A DNA stretch of 64,000 nucleotides from Thermoproteota archaeon (GCA_037917685.1 JAVCBU010000003.1:65941-129940), one strand, 5' to 3'; counted from the stretch's first letter, positions 18,780-28,102 are shown. Made by a program: numbers and translations. Notes: generated by a model from the sequence alone, not told the origin.

Positions 18780-20096
18780 TTAACTAAGCCCTAGAATCTC
18801 ACTGTACCCGTGAAGATCTAGTAGGCCGTGGCCTGAATAGTTTAAAACGATGTTCAAGCTTTCGTTTTTCTCCTTACATTTAAGGGCGTAGTCGATTGCT
18901 GCCGCTACGGCGTGGCATGTCTCTGGGGCTGGTATTAACCCTTCTGTTTCTGCCAGGAGCTTTCCAGCAGTAAATATGTCTTCCTGCCTGTAGGTGATAG
19001 ACTTTACGATTCCCTTCCTCTTTAGGAGAGAGACAAGCGGTGCAGCACCGTGATATCTTAGCCCTCCAGCATGTATTGGGGGTGGTACAAAGTTATGGCC
19101 TAATGTAAACATTTTCAGAAGCGGCGTGGTTTCAGCGGTATCCCCAAAGTCATACTTGTACTCACCCTTGGTCATAGACGGGCATGCTTCAGGTTCGACA
19201 GCTATAAATTTAACGTTATTCAGCTTTCCCCCCAGCATTCTGCCTATCGCTGGAAATGTGAACCCGGCAAAGTTGCTTCCTCCACCGACACACCCAATCA
19301 TGACGTCAGGTTCGATGCCCGCCTGTTCAAATTGTGTAAGCGCTTCAAGGCCTATTATGGTCTGGTGGAGCAGTACAAAGTTCAGCACGCTTCCAAGAGA
19401 GTACTTTGCGTCATCCCTTGTGACCGCGGTCTCTATAGCCTCACTTATAGCTATTCCAAGGGACCCGGGGTGCTGCGGATTCTCCTCGAGGAACTTTCTG
19501 CCGACTTTGGTCTCGCTGCTAGGTGAGGGTACAACCCTTGCACCGTAAAGCATCATAACGTACTTCCTATAAGGCTTCTGCATGTATGAAACCCTAACCA
19601 TGTAGACCATGCATTCTATCCCTGTCATGCGGCATGCAAGGGACAACGCTGAACCCCATTGTCCGGCACCGGTCTCGGTTGTCAGTACACGCATCCCCTC
19701 TTTAGAGGCATAGTAGGCCTGGGCAATAGCTGTGTTAACCTTGTGGCTTCCTGTAGGAGATACATCCTCCCTTTTAAGGTATATTTTTGCCGGAGTTTTA
19801 AGCCTCTCCTCTAGTTTTCTAGCCCTGTATAACGGGGTTGGCCTCCCAAATCTAAGATAATGGCTCTTAACCTCTTCCGGGATGTCAATGTAGGCATCGG
19901 TCTTGAACTCCTGCCTTGCACACTCCTCTGGGAAGAGTGCTGAAAGTTCTCTCACGCCTATAGGTTTACCACTTGCAGGATTCAGCATAGGTGGCGGCTT
20001 TTCGCCGATGTCCGAAACAATATTGTACCATTTTCCAGGAAGATCCTCTTCACCAAGCAATATTTTTACCTTCTCAACCATATTATTCACCTCCAC
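18780..20096 (-). CDS. trpB2: Tryptophan synthase beta-like PLP enzyme, TrpB2 type
   Basis: [14 protein letters not shown] carries the PLP lysine, and GGGSNFAG is present. The long N-terminal extension and the absence of an adjacent trpA fit TrpB2. Confidence 0.85.
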   Translation of the reverse strand: MEVNNMVEKVKILLGEEDLPGKWYNIVSDIGEKPPPMLNPASGKPIGVRELSALFPEECARQEFKTDAYIDIPEEVKSHYLRFGRPTPLYRARKLEERLKTPAKIYLKREDVSPTGSHKVNTAIAQAYYASKEGMRVLTTETGAGQWGSALSLACRMTGIECMVYMVRVSYMQKPYRKYVMMLYGARVVPSPSSETKVGRKFLEENPQHPGSLGIAISEAIETAVTRDDAKYSLGSVLNFVLLHQTIIGLEALTQFEQAGIEPDVMIGCVGGGSNFAGFTFPAIGRMLGGKLNNVKFIAVEPEACPSMTKGEYKYDFGDTAETTPLLKMFTLGHNFVPPPIHAGGLRYHGAAPLVSLLKRKGIVKSITYRQEDIFTAGKLLAETEGLIPAPETCHAVAAAIDYALKCKEKNESLNIVLNYSGHGLLDLHGYSEILGLS

Positions 20097-20102
20097 AGAC
20101 AG

Positions 20103-20495
20103 TTATTTTAGGACTTCAAGCCTGACGTTGACATATGGAATTTTGAATAGGAGCACATGTCTCGTGGTTTTAGTTGGGTATAAGTCACCACTAAGCCCCC
20201 TCTCAACGATGGAGTCCTTGCTTACATCAATGTTTCTCCTCCGCCTGTAAACTTCCACCTCGCTGCTACCATATTTGACCAGCAGTACAGGGATACGCCT
20301 GCATCCGAGGTCCATTAAGGCCTGGCACCTATGATGTCCGTCTAGGATTACTAGGGTTGCCTCATCCACCAATACAGGTCTTTTTAGGACGCCATCATCC
20401 AGCAGTATTTCTTTAAGGTTTTTCAGCCTTTTCTCACATATGTCTTCATGGGGCTTGAGCGCCTTAATATCTACTATCTTCAGCTGAGGGGGCAT
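20103..20495 (-). CDS. ParB/Srx-fold domain protein (130 aa)
   Basis: The sequence LKPHE...VILDGHHRCQAL is the ParB N-terminal/sulfiredoxin-like signature. The gene ends 6 nt before trpB2 starts. Confidence 0.6.
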   Translation of the reverse strand: MPPQLKIVDIKALKPHEDICEKRLKNLKEILLDDGVLKRPVLVDEATLVILDGHHRCQALMDLGCRRIPVLLVKYGSSEVEVYRRRRNIDVSKDSIVERGLSGDLYPTKTTRHVLLFKIPYVNVRLEVLK

Positions 20496-20551
20496 ATGCC
20501 TACCGCATCCATGTTATTTTTTATAACGTTAACGCACATATTTATACATGG

Positions 20552-21061
20552 ATGTTGGCTGATAAACTCAGGAGGAAGTTTGAAGGACAGGAGACAAGGC
20601 TCAGGATAGCTGAGGCCATAATTGAAAATGGCCTAAGAATAGCTGAAGACGGTAAAATATACTGTGGAGATTTCGAAATCCCCCATTCTAAGATAGCTAA
20701 GGCGTTAGGCGTAGACAGAAGGACTGTAAAGGCCACGGTTGACAGTATAATAGGTGACGAACTGTTAAGAGACATTTTCACCAGAATAAAGCCTGCAGGA
20801 CCATCCATGAAGGATATAGCAATACACCTAGGCTACAGCTGTGTCGAAATATACGTTAAGGACCCAAGTAAGCCCGGAATAGTCTCAAAGATTACCGGGC
20901 TTCTAGCGGGCTATGGTGTGAGTATCAGACAGGTGATAGCAGACGACCCACAGCTTGTCCCCCATCCAAAGCTTACACTGATAACAGATGGTAGAATCCC
21001 TGGCTCGATAATGGATAGGATTTCAGCTGTGGAAGGAATAGAGAAGGTGATCGTTTACTAG
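20552..21061 (+). CDS. HTH + ACT-domain regulator of amino-acid metabolism (COG2150-like)
   Basis: An N-terminal HTH-like HSKIAKALGVDRRTVKATV is followed by a C-terminal ACT-like VEIYVKDPSKPGIVSKITGLLAGYGVSIRQV. It is divergent from the ParB-like/trpB2 pair. Confidence 0.6.
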   Translation: MLADKLRRKFEGQETRLRIAEAIIENGLRIAEDGKIYCGDFEIPHSKIAKALGVDRRTVKATVDSIIGDELLRDIFTRIKPAGPSMKDIAIHLGYSCVEIYVKDPSKPGIVSKITGLLAGYGVSIRQVIADDPQLVPHPKLTLITDGRIPGSIMDRISAVEGIEKVIVY

Positions 21062-21891
21062 CTGTAAACATAGTACACTTCTAGCACTCCTATAAGAAAC
21101 ATGAGGAGCCAAATCTTCCAGCTCCACTTCACAACTTTAGCCCCGTCCAAAACCCAGAATGGAAGCAGGTTGAAGAGGCCAAGAGAAGCATTTATCAAGG
21201 CTCCATATTTGCCTATAAGGTAGTACGAGCTTCCAACCCAAGAATACATTTTTACGACTGAGAAGAGGAGAAACATGATAAGATTCACCGTTGGACCTGC
21301 GGCTGATATAAGCCCGTACTTCCTCTTATCATCCGGCGTTGGGCTGCCAGCGAATATGACAACAGCACCTGGAGCTGCGAAGACTATGAATCCAGCTATT
21401 GCCGATAATATTGTGAAAAGGATGCCTAGAGGGGACATTCTGAATTCTGCCCAGTATCCAAATTTCTGAGCCATAAACTTATGTCCTAGTTCATGGAATA
21501 AGAACCCTGTAAGGAGACCTGGAAAGATTATCTTAACCACCCTTAGCGATAACGGCCTCCATGGCCTATAGCTGAAGGCGAATGTCAATGCTGCTAGTGC
21601 AATGATGATCTGAACTATCTCAGTTTTCGAGAACCTAAATATACCTCTGGCAGACGGATAAACCCTTTCTGGGTAGTGAGGTGCCGGTTCTCTTTCCATA
21701 ATGTAGGGCTTTTCAACGTGGAATATTGTGGGGGATAGGAGATCCCCGCATCTGATGCACCTGTAGTTTAGTGGGCCTTCCCCGCATCTCGCACAGTAGG
21801 TTGCATTGCACGAGGGACAACTATAGAATTCCTCCCCCGTTTCTCTACCGCAGTAGTAGCAGTATGGCATCTTTACACCTTCCCAGTCCAT
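21058..21891 (-). CDS. Site-2 protease (peptidase M50) with N-terminal zinc ribbon
   Basis: N-terminal CxxC pairs (CYYCG...CPSC...CARC...CIRC) are present. HELGHKF (HExxH) sits in a TM helix, and the protein has multiple TM segments. Confidence 0.8.
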   Translation of the reverse strand: MDWEGVKMPYCYYCGRETGEEFYSCPSCNATYCARCGEGPLNYRCIRCGDLLSPTIFHVEKPYIMEREPAPHYPERVYPSARGIFRFSKTEIVQIIIALAALTFAFSYRPWRPLSLRVVKIIFPGLLTGFLFHELGHKFMAQKFGYWAEFRMSPLGILFTILSAIAGFIVFAAPGAVVIFAGSPTPDDKRKYGLISAAGPTVNLIMFLLFSVVKMYSWVGSSYYLIGKYGALINASLGLFNLLPFWVLDGAKVVKWSWKIWLLMFLIGVLEVYYVYS

Positions 21892-24117
21892 CTTCCTGAT
21901 GGATATATGTTCCTCTCGTAGTCTTTCGGCGTTGGTATTGCTTCAGGTAGCCCCTTTCTCTTCCTTATCTCCATTATCTTCTCCATTTGCATCTTCTCTG
22001 GTAGAGGCTTAAAGCCTGCTGGCTCATATCCCCAGAAAGCTTTGCCCTGGGTTGCGCTTCTAAACTCATCAGCCAGACCCTTAGTTTCGGCAGCAGGAAT
22101 CTCACCATATATCTTTACTACTCCTGCCTCCCTTGTCATGTTCCGTATAAGACCCCTTCTCCTGTTTAGTATGCCGGCGATGGTTCCCTCTGTTCCCTCC
22201 GGGGTTCGAATGTCTATTCTTAGAATTGGCTCGTAAAGCTTTGGTTCTGAGGTTAGGAATGATATGTGAAGCGCAGAGATCATCATGCTTAAGATTTCGG
22301 TGTAGCCTGTGTGCGCAGGGTCAACGTGGACTGTTGCATCTGTCAGTACAACCTTTGCATTCATGAGGGGCTCTCTAGCAAGAGTTGCACCATTACAGTA
22401 GTCTATAAATATTGTCTGCAGGTACGTCTTGATTCTATCAAGCCTTTGAGCGCCCTTAGTATCGTCTATGAGGATGTTAGTTCCATGTATCTGCCATATG
22501 TTTCTGGCGAACCTTGTCTCCCATCCTGCCACGTCATGTATTATTTTCGCTCTTTCCCTGGAGTCCTGGTCTTGGGATATCTTCCCTGTTCTAATAAGCT
22601 CTATAACCTCCGGTTCTAGGGGCTCTATGTAAAGTTTAACCCTGTTGTGGCCGTTGTTAGATTTAGTGTGTATTTCAACCCCTCTCCCAGTCGGTACTTC
22701 CCTGTAAACTATTATAGGTTCTGAAACCTTTATCTTTACCATCTCGTTTATTCTTTTATATAAAATTTCAAGCTGCAACGGGTCTATCCCAGAAAGTATA
22801 TACTCACCGGACTCCTTGTCTATTCTAAAGCTTGCAGTCGGGTCGGCGGCCGTCCAAAGTCTTACAGCTTTCTCCAGCTTATCTATATACTGTGGATTCT
22901 CAGGTTGAATAGCAATGCTGACAACAGGCTCAGCCACATACTTGATCTCTTTAAATGGAGGTAGGTTTACTCCCTCGTCCATTATTGTCTCTCCAGCAGG
23001 GCAGACGAAGCCGTATATCGCGAAGAGGTTGCCTGCTGGAATCCTTGGTACATCTAGTATGTCGGTTATCTCCATTACACCCAGCCTTTGAACTCGCCCA
23101 GGCCTCTTCGCCCATGCAAGCCAGACATCTCTTCCGGCTTCTAGTGTTCCGGAGAACACTCTCCCTATGAGGATCGGCCTCTTAGACTTGGGGTGTATGA
23201 ATATCTTAGTAATCATGCCGAGAAGAGGGCCATTCGGATCCATTGAAAGTAAAGCCTTCCCTACCTCGCTTTCAACATCGCCGTCCCATATTCTTGGTAT
23301 CTTGTATTTCTGGGCTGTTGCAGGATCTGGCAGGTGTCTAATAACCATCTCTAGAAGCGCTTCGTCCAGGGGCAGGTTCTTTCTCAGCCATGCCTCGTCT
23401 CCCTGACTGTACTTCTCAAACACTACATTTGGGCTTATCTTCTTCCTGACAAGGATATCCTTTGTGAAACCCCAGCCATGCTTGGCGCTACCGATTGCTA
23501 TTGTTCCATCGTCGAAGCTAACCTTCCAGTCCTTGAACGGTGCAACCTCTCTTATAAGCCTGTTAACTTCAAGCGCTATAGATGTAAGCCTTTCATTAAC
23601 CTCCTTTGGCGAGAGTTTTAGTTCCTTTATCAACCTGTCAACTTTGTTGATGAAAAGCACAGGCTTACATGCTTCTTCTCCAACGGCAAGTCTGATGTTA
23701 GTCTCAGTTTGAGTCATTACTCCTTCCAAAGCGTCGACTAAGATTATAACGCCGTCGCTTCCTCTAAGGGCTCGACTTACTTCTCCGGTAAAGCTAATAT
23801 GCCCCGGTGTATCGTTGAGCTGAAGTAGGTACGTTTTCCCTCCATAGTCAAAGGTTAGCAGAACTACACTTGTAAAAATGGTTATTCCACGCTCCTGCTC
23901 CTCCTCATCATTCGACCCACCCTATAGGTGGTTAGTCGGTGAGGAGGAGCTGCCCGGCAGCCTCTTCACTCATAAGACCCGCTCTGCGCAGTAGGTAATC
24001 GGTGGCAGTTGTTTTTCCATGATCTATGTGTGCTACAATACTGAAGATCCGCGTCTGTTCAGGCTTTGTTTCCATCACGAACTTCCTGATTTCTTCAGGG
24101 TTCTTTACTCTGACCAT
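21873..24117 (-). CDS. Elongation factor 2-family translational GTPase, interrupted by a 22-nt insert; proposed spliced CDS join(24117..23933,23910..21873) = 740 aa
   Basis: The N-terminal ORF has AHIDHGKTT. After the interruption the sequence reads [20 protein letters not shown], and domains II-V resemble aEF-2. Exon 1 is 185 nt and exon 2 is 2038 nt, totalling 2223 nt (741 codons including the stop). Confidence 0.85.
23911..23932 (-). other. Candidate 22-nt BHB mini-intron (mRNA sense ACCACCUAUAGGGUGGGUCGAA)
   Basis: The insert lies between two 3-nt bulges (UAA, AAU) that are separated by a 4-bp helix (CGAC/GUCG). Inner (CCACC/GGUGG) and outer (CUCCUCCUCA/UGAGGAGGAG) helices flank them. 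Removing it restores the frame and the conserved motif. Confidence 0.6.
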
Positions 24118-24156
24118 TCAGATTCACCGCTACTAAACCATAAAGCTCGGGGAGCC

Positions 24157-24170
24157 TTAAAAATATTAAC
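24157..24170 (-). promoter_or_regulatory. TATA-box-like element upstream of the EF-2-family gene
   Basis: In minus-strand sense the sequence reads GTTAATATTTTTAA, about 40 nt upstream of the ATG at 24117. Confidence 0.3.
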
Positions 24171-24437
24171 AAACATTCGTGGAAAAACTCGAAATAGTAG
24201 GATTCACGATTTCATATGGCAATTTATGCGAAGCATCAAGCAGTCTTCTCACAGCAAGACAAAACTTGGGACAAACTAAACAGTTCTACCAGTTCTATTC
24301 CTTCCTAAGAGTACTCTCAATTACTCTTCTTATATCTACGAACCTACTGTTCATTCTGTACCTGGGCTTTTCATATTCTATATCTAAAATCATCTCAACC
24401 TTTGACGGTTTCCTTGATAAGACAATTATTCTATCAG

Positions 24438-24734
24438 CTAGAAAGCATGTTTGTTCTTCATGGGATAACTTGTTTGGGCCTCGCCTACCTCTATACGGCC
24501 TTGAAAATCTCTGGGATTGTCAGTATAAGCGGTTTTTACATCAATATTTATGTAAACATCATCTGTTTCGAAGAATAAGTTAGAACCAAAAGGTATAGGG
24601 ACTGGATGCCATTCCCCCCATTTATTACTAACGAATAAATGTATGTAGGTTTCATCTGTAAGGAATAAGAAAACAGCATTACTTAATTGAACGTTCTTTC
24701 GAATTTCTTCATAAGGTATAGGCTCCTTTCTCAA
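24438..24734 (-). CDS. Hypothetical protein, possibly the 5' part of a frameshifted gene (PD-(D/E)XK-like D...DVK pattern)
   Basis: The ETDDVYINIDVKT pattern is present. A second frame stays open across and beyond the stop (…IIVLSRKPSKVEMILDIEYEKPRYRMNSRFVDIRRVIESTLRKE), which suggests decay. The local sequence is AT-rich. Confidence 0.3.
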   Translation of the reverse strand: MRKEPIPYEEIRKNVQLSNAVFLFLTDETYIHLFVSNKWGEWHPVPIPFGSNLFFETDDVYINIDVKTAYTDNPRDFQGRIEVGEAQTSYPMKNKHAF

Positions 24735-24762
24735 TTCGGGATAAAAATAACTGCCATGCTCC

Positions 24763-25170
24763 TTACCTCCTGGGTAGGCTCAGCACTGCTAGTAAAGCTC
24801 CCATTAAACCGCCAAAGATTGTACCAGTGGTTTTATCTTCTTCATAAAGAAACGACCCTAATACGGCACAGCCTAAACTCCATAAAATGACCCACCAGTG
24901 CTGTGCATCATATCGCAAGTGCCCGATAAAATCTATTAAAGGACTAACTTTATCCCAATGGGCTTTGTAGAATTTCTCAAACTTTCTGACATGAACTCTC
25001 CTTCCATCCTTAAGTGTTAATTCATAATCTGCTATCTGCCCATGAGGCTCACCCAATGTTACTCTAAACCCTTCTGTCTTGGGATCTGGAACAAGATGAT
25101 CTGGTATCATCACATCTACATGAGGAGGTCTACTCAAAATCAATGGAATTAATGTAGACCATGAATACAT
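24763..25170 (-). CDS. Hypothetical protein with C-terminal TM helices
   Basis: This 135-aa ORF has hydrophobic C-terminal segments (WWVILWSLGCAVLGSFL, IFGGLMGALLAVL). No family was recognised. Confidence 0.4.
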   Translation of the reverse strand: MYSWSTLIPLILSRPPHVDVMIPDHLVPDPKTEGFRVTLGEPHGQIADYELTLKDGRRVHVRKFEKFYKAHWDKVSPLIDFIGHLRYDAQHWWVILWSLGCAVLGSFLYEEDKTTGTIFGGLMGALLAVLSLPRR

Positions 25171-25280
25171 TTAGACCACCTCTAAGTCTTATACCTGAAA
25201 TTCTTTTACGTACTTTCTGCCCAATTCTGTGATTTTATAACACGAATACCCCTTCTCAATCTTCTTAAGTTTATGTTCAA

Positions 25281-25808
25281 TTAATGTTCAATTAGATTCG
25301 TCTTAGATAGGATTTTAAGCATTTTCTCCTGCATTAACACCCTATTCTGAGCGTCGAGAGATGTGAAGGGCTCGTCCATAAGGAGAATACTGGGCTTTAA
25401 AGCGATGGCTCTTACTAGTTCTGCAACCTGCCTCATGCCACCGGATAGCTTTGAAGGGTACAAGTCAGAGTATCCTAGGAGCCCATATTCGCGAAGGAGA
25501 CTTAACGCTTCATCCTTACTTGAAGATACCATCCTGATATTCTCCAACAATGTAAACCATGGGAATAGACTACCCTCCTGAAATATCATGAAAATTCTTC
25601 CATCCCTGACTTCTATCGATCCTCTATCAGGATTCATAAGACCTGAGATTATTCTAAGAAGAGTGGTTTTACCACAGCCATTTGGTCCAACAATACATGT
25701 TAGCGAATCCCTTTCCACCTCAAAGGACACGCCGTCCAGTACCTTTAGTACCCTTCCATCTGGAAGTATAAAACTCTTATGAACATCTTCAACTCTTAGA
25801 ACGTTCAT
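25281..25808 (-). CDS. ABC transporter ATP-binding protein, NitT/TauT (SsuB/TauB)-like, apparently C-terminally truncated
   Basis: Walker A is GPNGCGKTT, the signature is LSGGMRQ and Walker B is LLMDEPFTSLD. The ORF stops about 20 aa later, before the H-loop region, giving 175 aa against a typical ~250. Confidence 0.7.
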   Translation of the reverse strand: MNVLRVEDVHKSFILPDGRVLKVLDGVSFEVERDSLTCIVGPNGCGKTTLLRIISGLMNPDRGSIEVRDGRIFMIFQEGSLFPWFTLLENIRMVSSSKDEALSLLREYGLLGYSDLYPSKLSGGMRQVAELVRAIALKPSILLMDEPFTSLDAQNRVLMQEKMLKILSKTNLIEH

Positions 25809-27138
25809 TTAAAGCCCTCTCAACTGCCTTTTCCAAAACCCCTCTTAGTAGGGTTATTATCCTTCTAAGCCCCGTCCATGTTGTGGCTTCAGCTCGAACC
25901 TTTACTTCTGGCTTCGTGTTCGATGCTCTTATCAGAAGCCACCCTTCATCGAAGACAGCCTTAACGCCGTCTATCCTATTAAGTTCCACCCCGATCTCGC
26001 CGAGAAGTTCAGATGTATAATCTACAACCTTGAACTTTAACCTGTCATCAACCGGAATTGAAATTGCAGGTATGGAGCAGTACCTTGGAACCGAATCTGC
26101 GAGAAGCGAAAGTTTACCAATTCTTGAAACTATCCATGCCATCCTAAGTGTTGCATAGAATGCATCACTGTACAAGCCGACATCCCCAAAGTAGAAGTGG
26201 CTGCTTATTTCACCTCCAAGTAGTGCTTTCTTTTCAATCATAAGATCCATTATGTAAGCATGGCCCACTCTAGACTCTAACGGGATTCCTCCCACACTCC
26301 TCACAATCCTGGGAACTGTCATGCTGCAACTAACCTCATACACAACAATACCTCCAGGCTTTCGTCTTAGCATGTCCTTTGCGTAAATACAAAGTACAAC
26401 ATCCCCGCTGACACCTTCCCCCCTGTCATCAACAAAGACCGACCTGTCAGCATCACCGTCGTAGGCTACTCCGAAATCAGCATTCCAATTTAATACTTCG
26501 GATTTAAGGTCAGACAACTCTTCAGGGGATGGCTCCGGGCTTCTACATCTAAATTCAGGGTCAACTTCGTTATTTATCAGCTTAGCGTTGAAACCGTCAA
26601 AAAGTCTGTCAACGATGGTGCCTGCGGCTCCGCATCCGACATCTACAACAAACCTAGCCTTCATGCCAAGTGGGAATAAACTTCTTAGATAGTTGACATA
26701 GTCGTCTTTAAGCCAGCCAGCCTCAGAAACCTCCCCGCCGCCTTCAGGTTTAATATTAGAAAAGAATAAATTCCTAACCTCTTCAAGCCCTCTATCCATA
26801 CATATAACTCTTGCGCCTCTACCACACAGTTTAAAACCGTTCCATTCAGGAGGGTTATGGCTGGCTGTTACTATGACTCCACCGTCAGCCTTAATTTTCC
26901 TAATGCCGTAGTAAACAGAGGGTGTAGGTGCCAGGCCCATTTTATAAACCGTGCAGCCAGCCATTGTAAGCCCGTCAATGAGAGCTTTAGATAGAGATCG
27001 GCTGCTTTTTCTCCCATCCCAGCCGACAACAACGCTTTTTCCAATATATCTACCAAAGGCTAAACCAAGCTTTTCAGCAAAGCTTTCATCTATATCTTCC
27101 CCATATATGCCTCTAATGTCGTAAGCCCTGAAAACCAC
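25789..27138 (-). CDS. Phosphoglucomutase/phosphomannomutase (alpha-D-phosphohexomutase)
   Basis: It has the active-site loop VTASHNPPEWNGFK, the metal loop YDGDADR and a GGEISSH sugar-binding loop. Confidence 0.9.
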   Translation of the reverse strand: MVFRAYDIRGIYGEDIDESFAEKLGLAFGRYIGKSVVVGWDGRKSSRSLSKALIDGLTMAGCTVYKMGLAPTPSVYYGIRKIKADGGVIVTASHNPPEWNGFKLCGRGARVICMDRGLEEVRNLFFSNIKPEGGGEVSEAGWLKDDYVNYLRSLFPLGMKARFVVDVGCGAAGTIVDRLFDGFNAKLINNEVDPEFRCRSPEPSPEELSDLKSEVLNWNADFGVAYDGDADRSVFVDDRGEGVSGDVVLCIYAKDMLRRKPGGIVVYEVSCSMTVPRIVRSVGGIPLESRVGHAYIMDLMIEKKALLGGEISSHFYFGDVGLYSDAFYATLRMAWIVSRIGKLSLLADSVPRYCSIPAISIPVDDRLKFKVVDYTSELLGEIGVELNRIDGVKAVFDEGWLLIRASNTKPEVKVRAEATTWTGLRRIITLLRGVLEKAVERALNERSKS

Positions 27139-27193
27139 ACCTACAACTTATCACATCAACCTTATTATTTTTCCCAGAGACGTTCATACTGGC

Positions 27194-28087
27194 TTGGAAG
27201 TTAAGCCTATATGCTTCGACAGTCTCGGAGTCAGAAGCATGTGCACCTTTATCGAGACATCAGATGTTAAAATTATAATAGACCCAAGCGCTGACCTAGG
27301 GAAACGGAGGTACGGGCTTCCACCACACCCCATCGAACATCAAACCCTTCTAAACTTCTGGAATAAGATTTTAGAGTATAGCGGGATGGCAGACATAGTA
27401 ATCATATCTCACTACCATTACGACCATTTCTCAACAAAGTTCCCAGAACAGTTTAGAGGCAAATACCTGATTATCAAAAGCCCACACAATAGGATAAACA
27501 AAAGTCAAACTATGAGAGCAGCAGCCTTCCTCTCAGAGATAAACAGGATTCCAAGACAGATTTCCATCGCTGACGGGAAAACCTACAGGTTTGGAGATAC
27601 AGTCATAGAGTTTAGCCCTCCCTTTCCACATGGTGGCCTAGAAAGCAGGCTCGGATACGTAGTTATGACCCATATAAAATGCGGAGGGGAATCCATAATT
27701 CACACAAGCGATGTTCAAGGTCCCATGGTCGACGCTCCAGCTGTCTGGATTGCAAGCCGCAGACCTGACATCGTAATATTGGATGGGTTTTCAACATGGC
27801 TTATCCCTGAGATTATGAGCATTGAACAGTTTGAGCAAAGCCTCCGGAGGGCAGAGCTCATACTTAGGAACACCGAAACACTGATCATTGACCACCACCT
27901 TGTGAGAGATCTCAACTACATGGAATATATGAAACCATTGTCATCTAAGGCTTCTACGTTGGGTGTAAACTTCACAACAGCGGCTGAATACCTCGGTTTA
28001 ACCCCTAACCTGCTTGAGGCTAGGAGGAAGGAGCTCTACGCCATGCAAGAACCCTCTTCTCAGCAAGCTGAACAGCAAAACTCATAA
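27194..28087 (+). CDS. Metallo-beta-lactamase-fold hydrolase (archaeal UPF0282-like)
   Basis: The sequence DSLGVRSMCTFIET...IIDPS...ISHYHYDH contains the HxHxDH-type motif. The start is TTG. Confidence 0.7.
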   Translation: MEVKPICFDSLGVRSMCTFIETSDVKIIIDPSADLGKRRYGLPPHPIEHQTLLNFWNKILEYSGMADIVIISHYHYDHFSTKFPEQFRGKYLIIKSPHNRINKSQTMRAAAFLSEINRIPRQISIADGKTYRFGDTVIEFSPPFPHGGLESRLGYVVMTHIKCGGESIIHTSDVQGPMVDAPAVWIASRRPDIVILDGFSTWLIPEIMSIEQFEQSLRRAELILRNTETLIIDHHLVRDLNYMEYMKPLSSKASTLGVNFTTAAEYLGLTPNLLEARRKELYAMQEPSSQQAEQQNS

Positions 28088-28102
28088 GCTTCGCCGAAAG
28101 GC

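Noticed and set aside
20542-20808. An 88-aa minus-strand ORF
   Set aside because: It is antisense to the HTH+ACT regulator gene and has no start context or motif.
23911-23934. Explaining the EF-2 split as a 1-nt sequencing error or a programmed +1/-1 ribosomal frameshift
   Set aside because: The stop in the upstream frame (TAA, 23934-23932) lies 5' of the stop in the downstream frame (TAG, 23924-23922) in mRNA sense. No single shift gives an open path. Only the third frame bridges the gap, which would need two shifts. Plain pseudogenisation cannot be excluded, but it does not explain the exact BHB geometry or the exact motif restoration.
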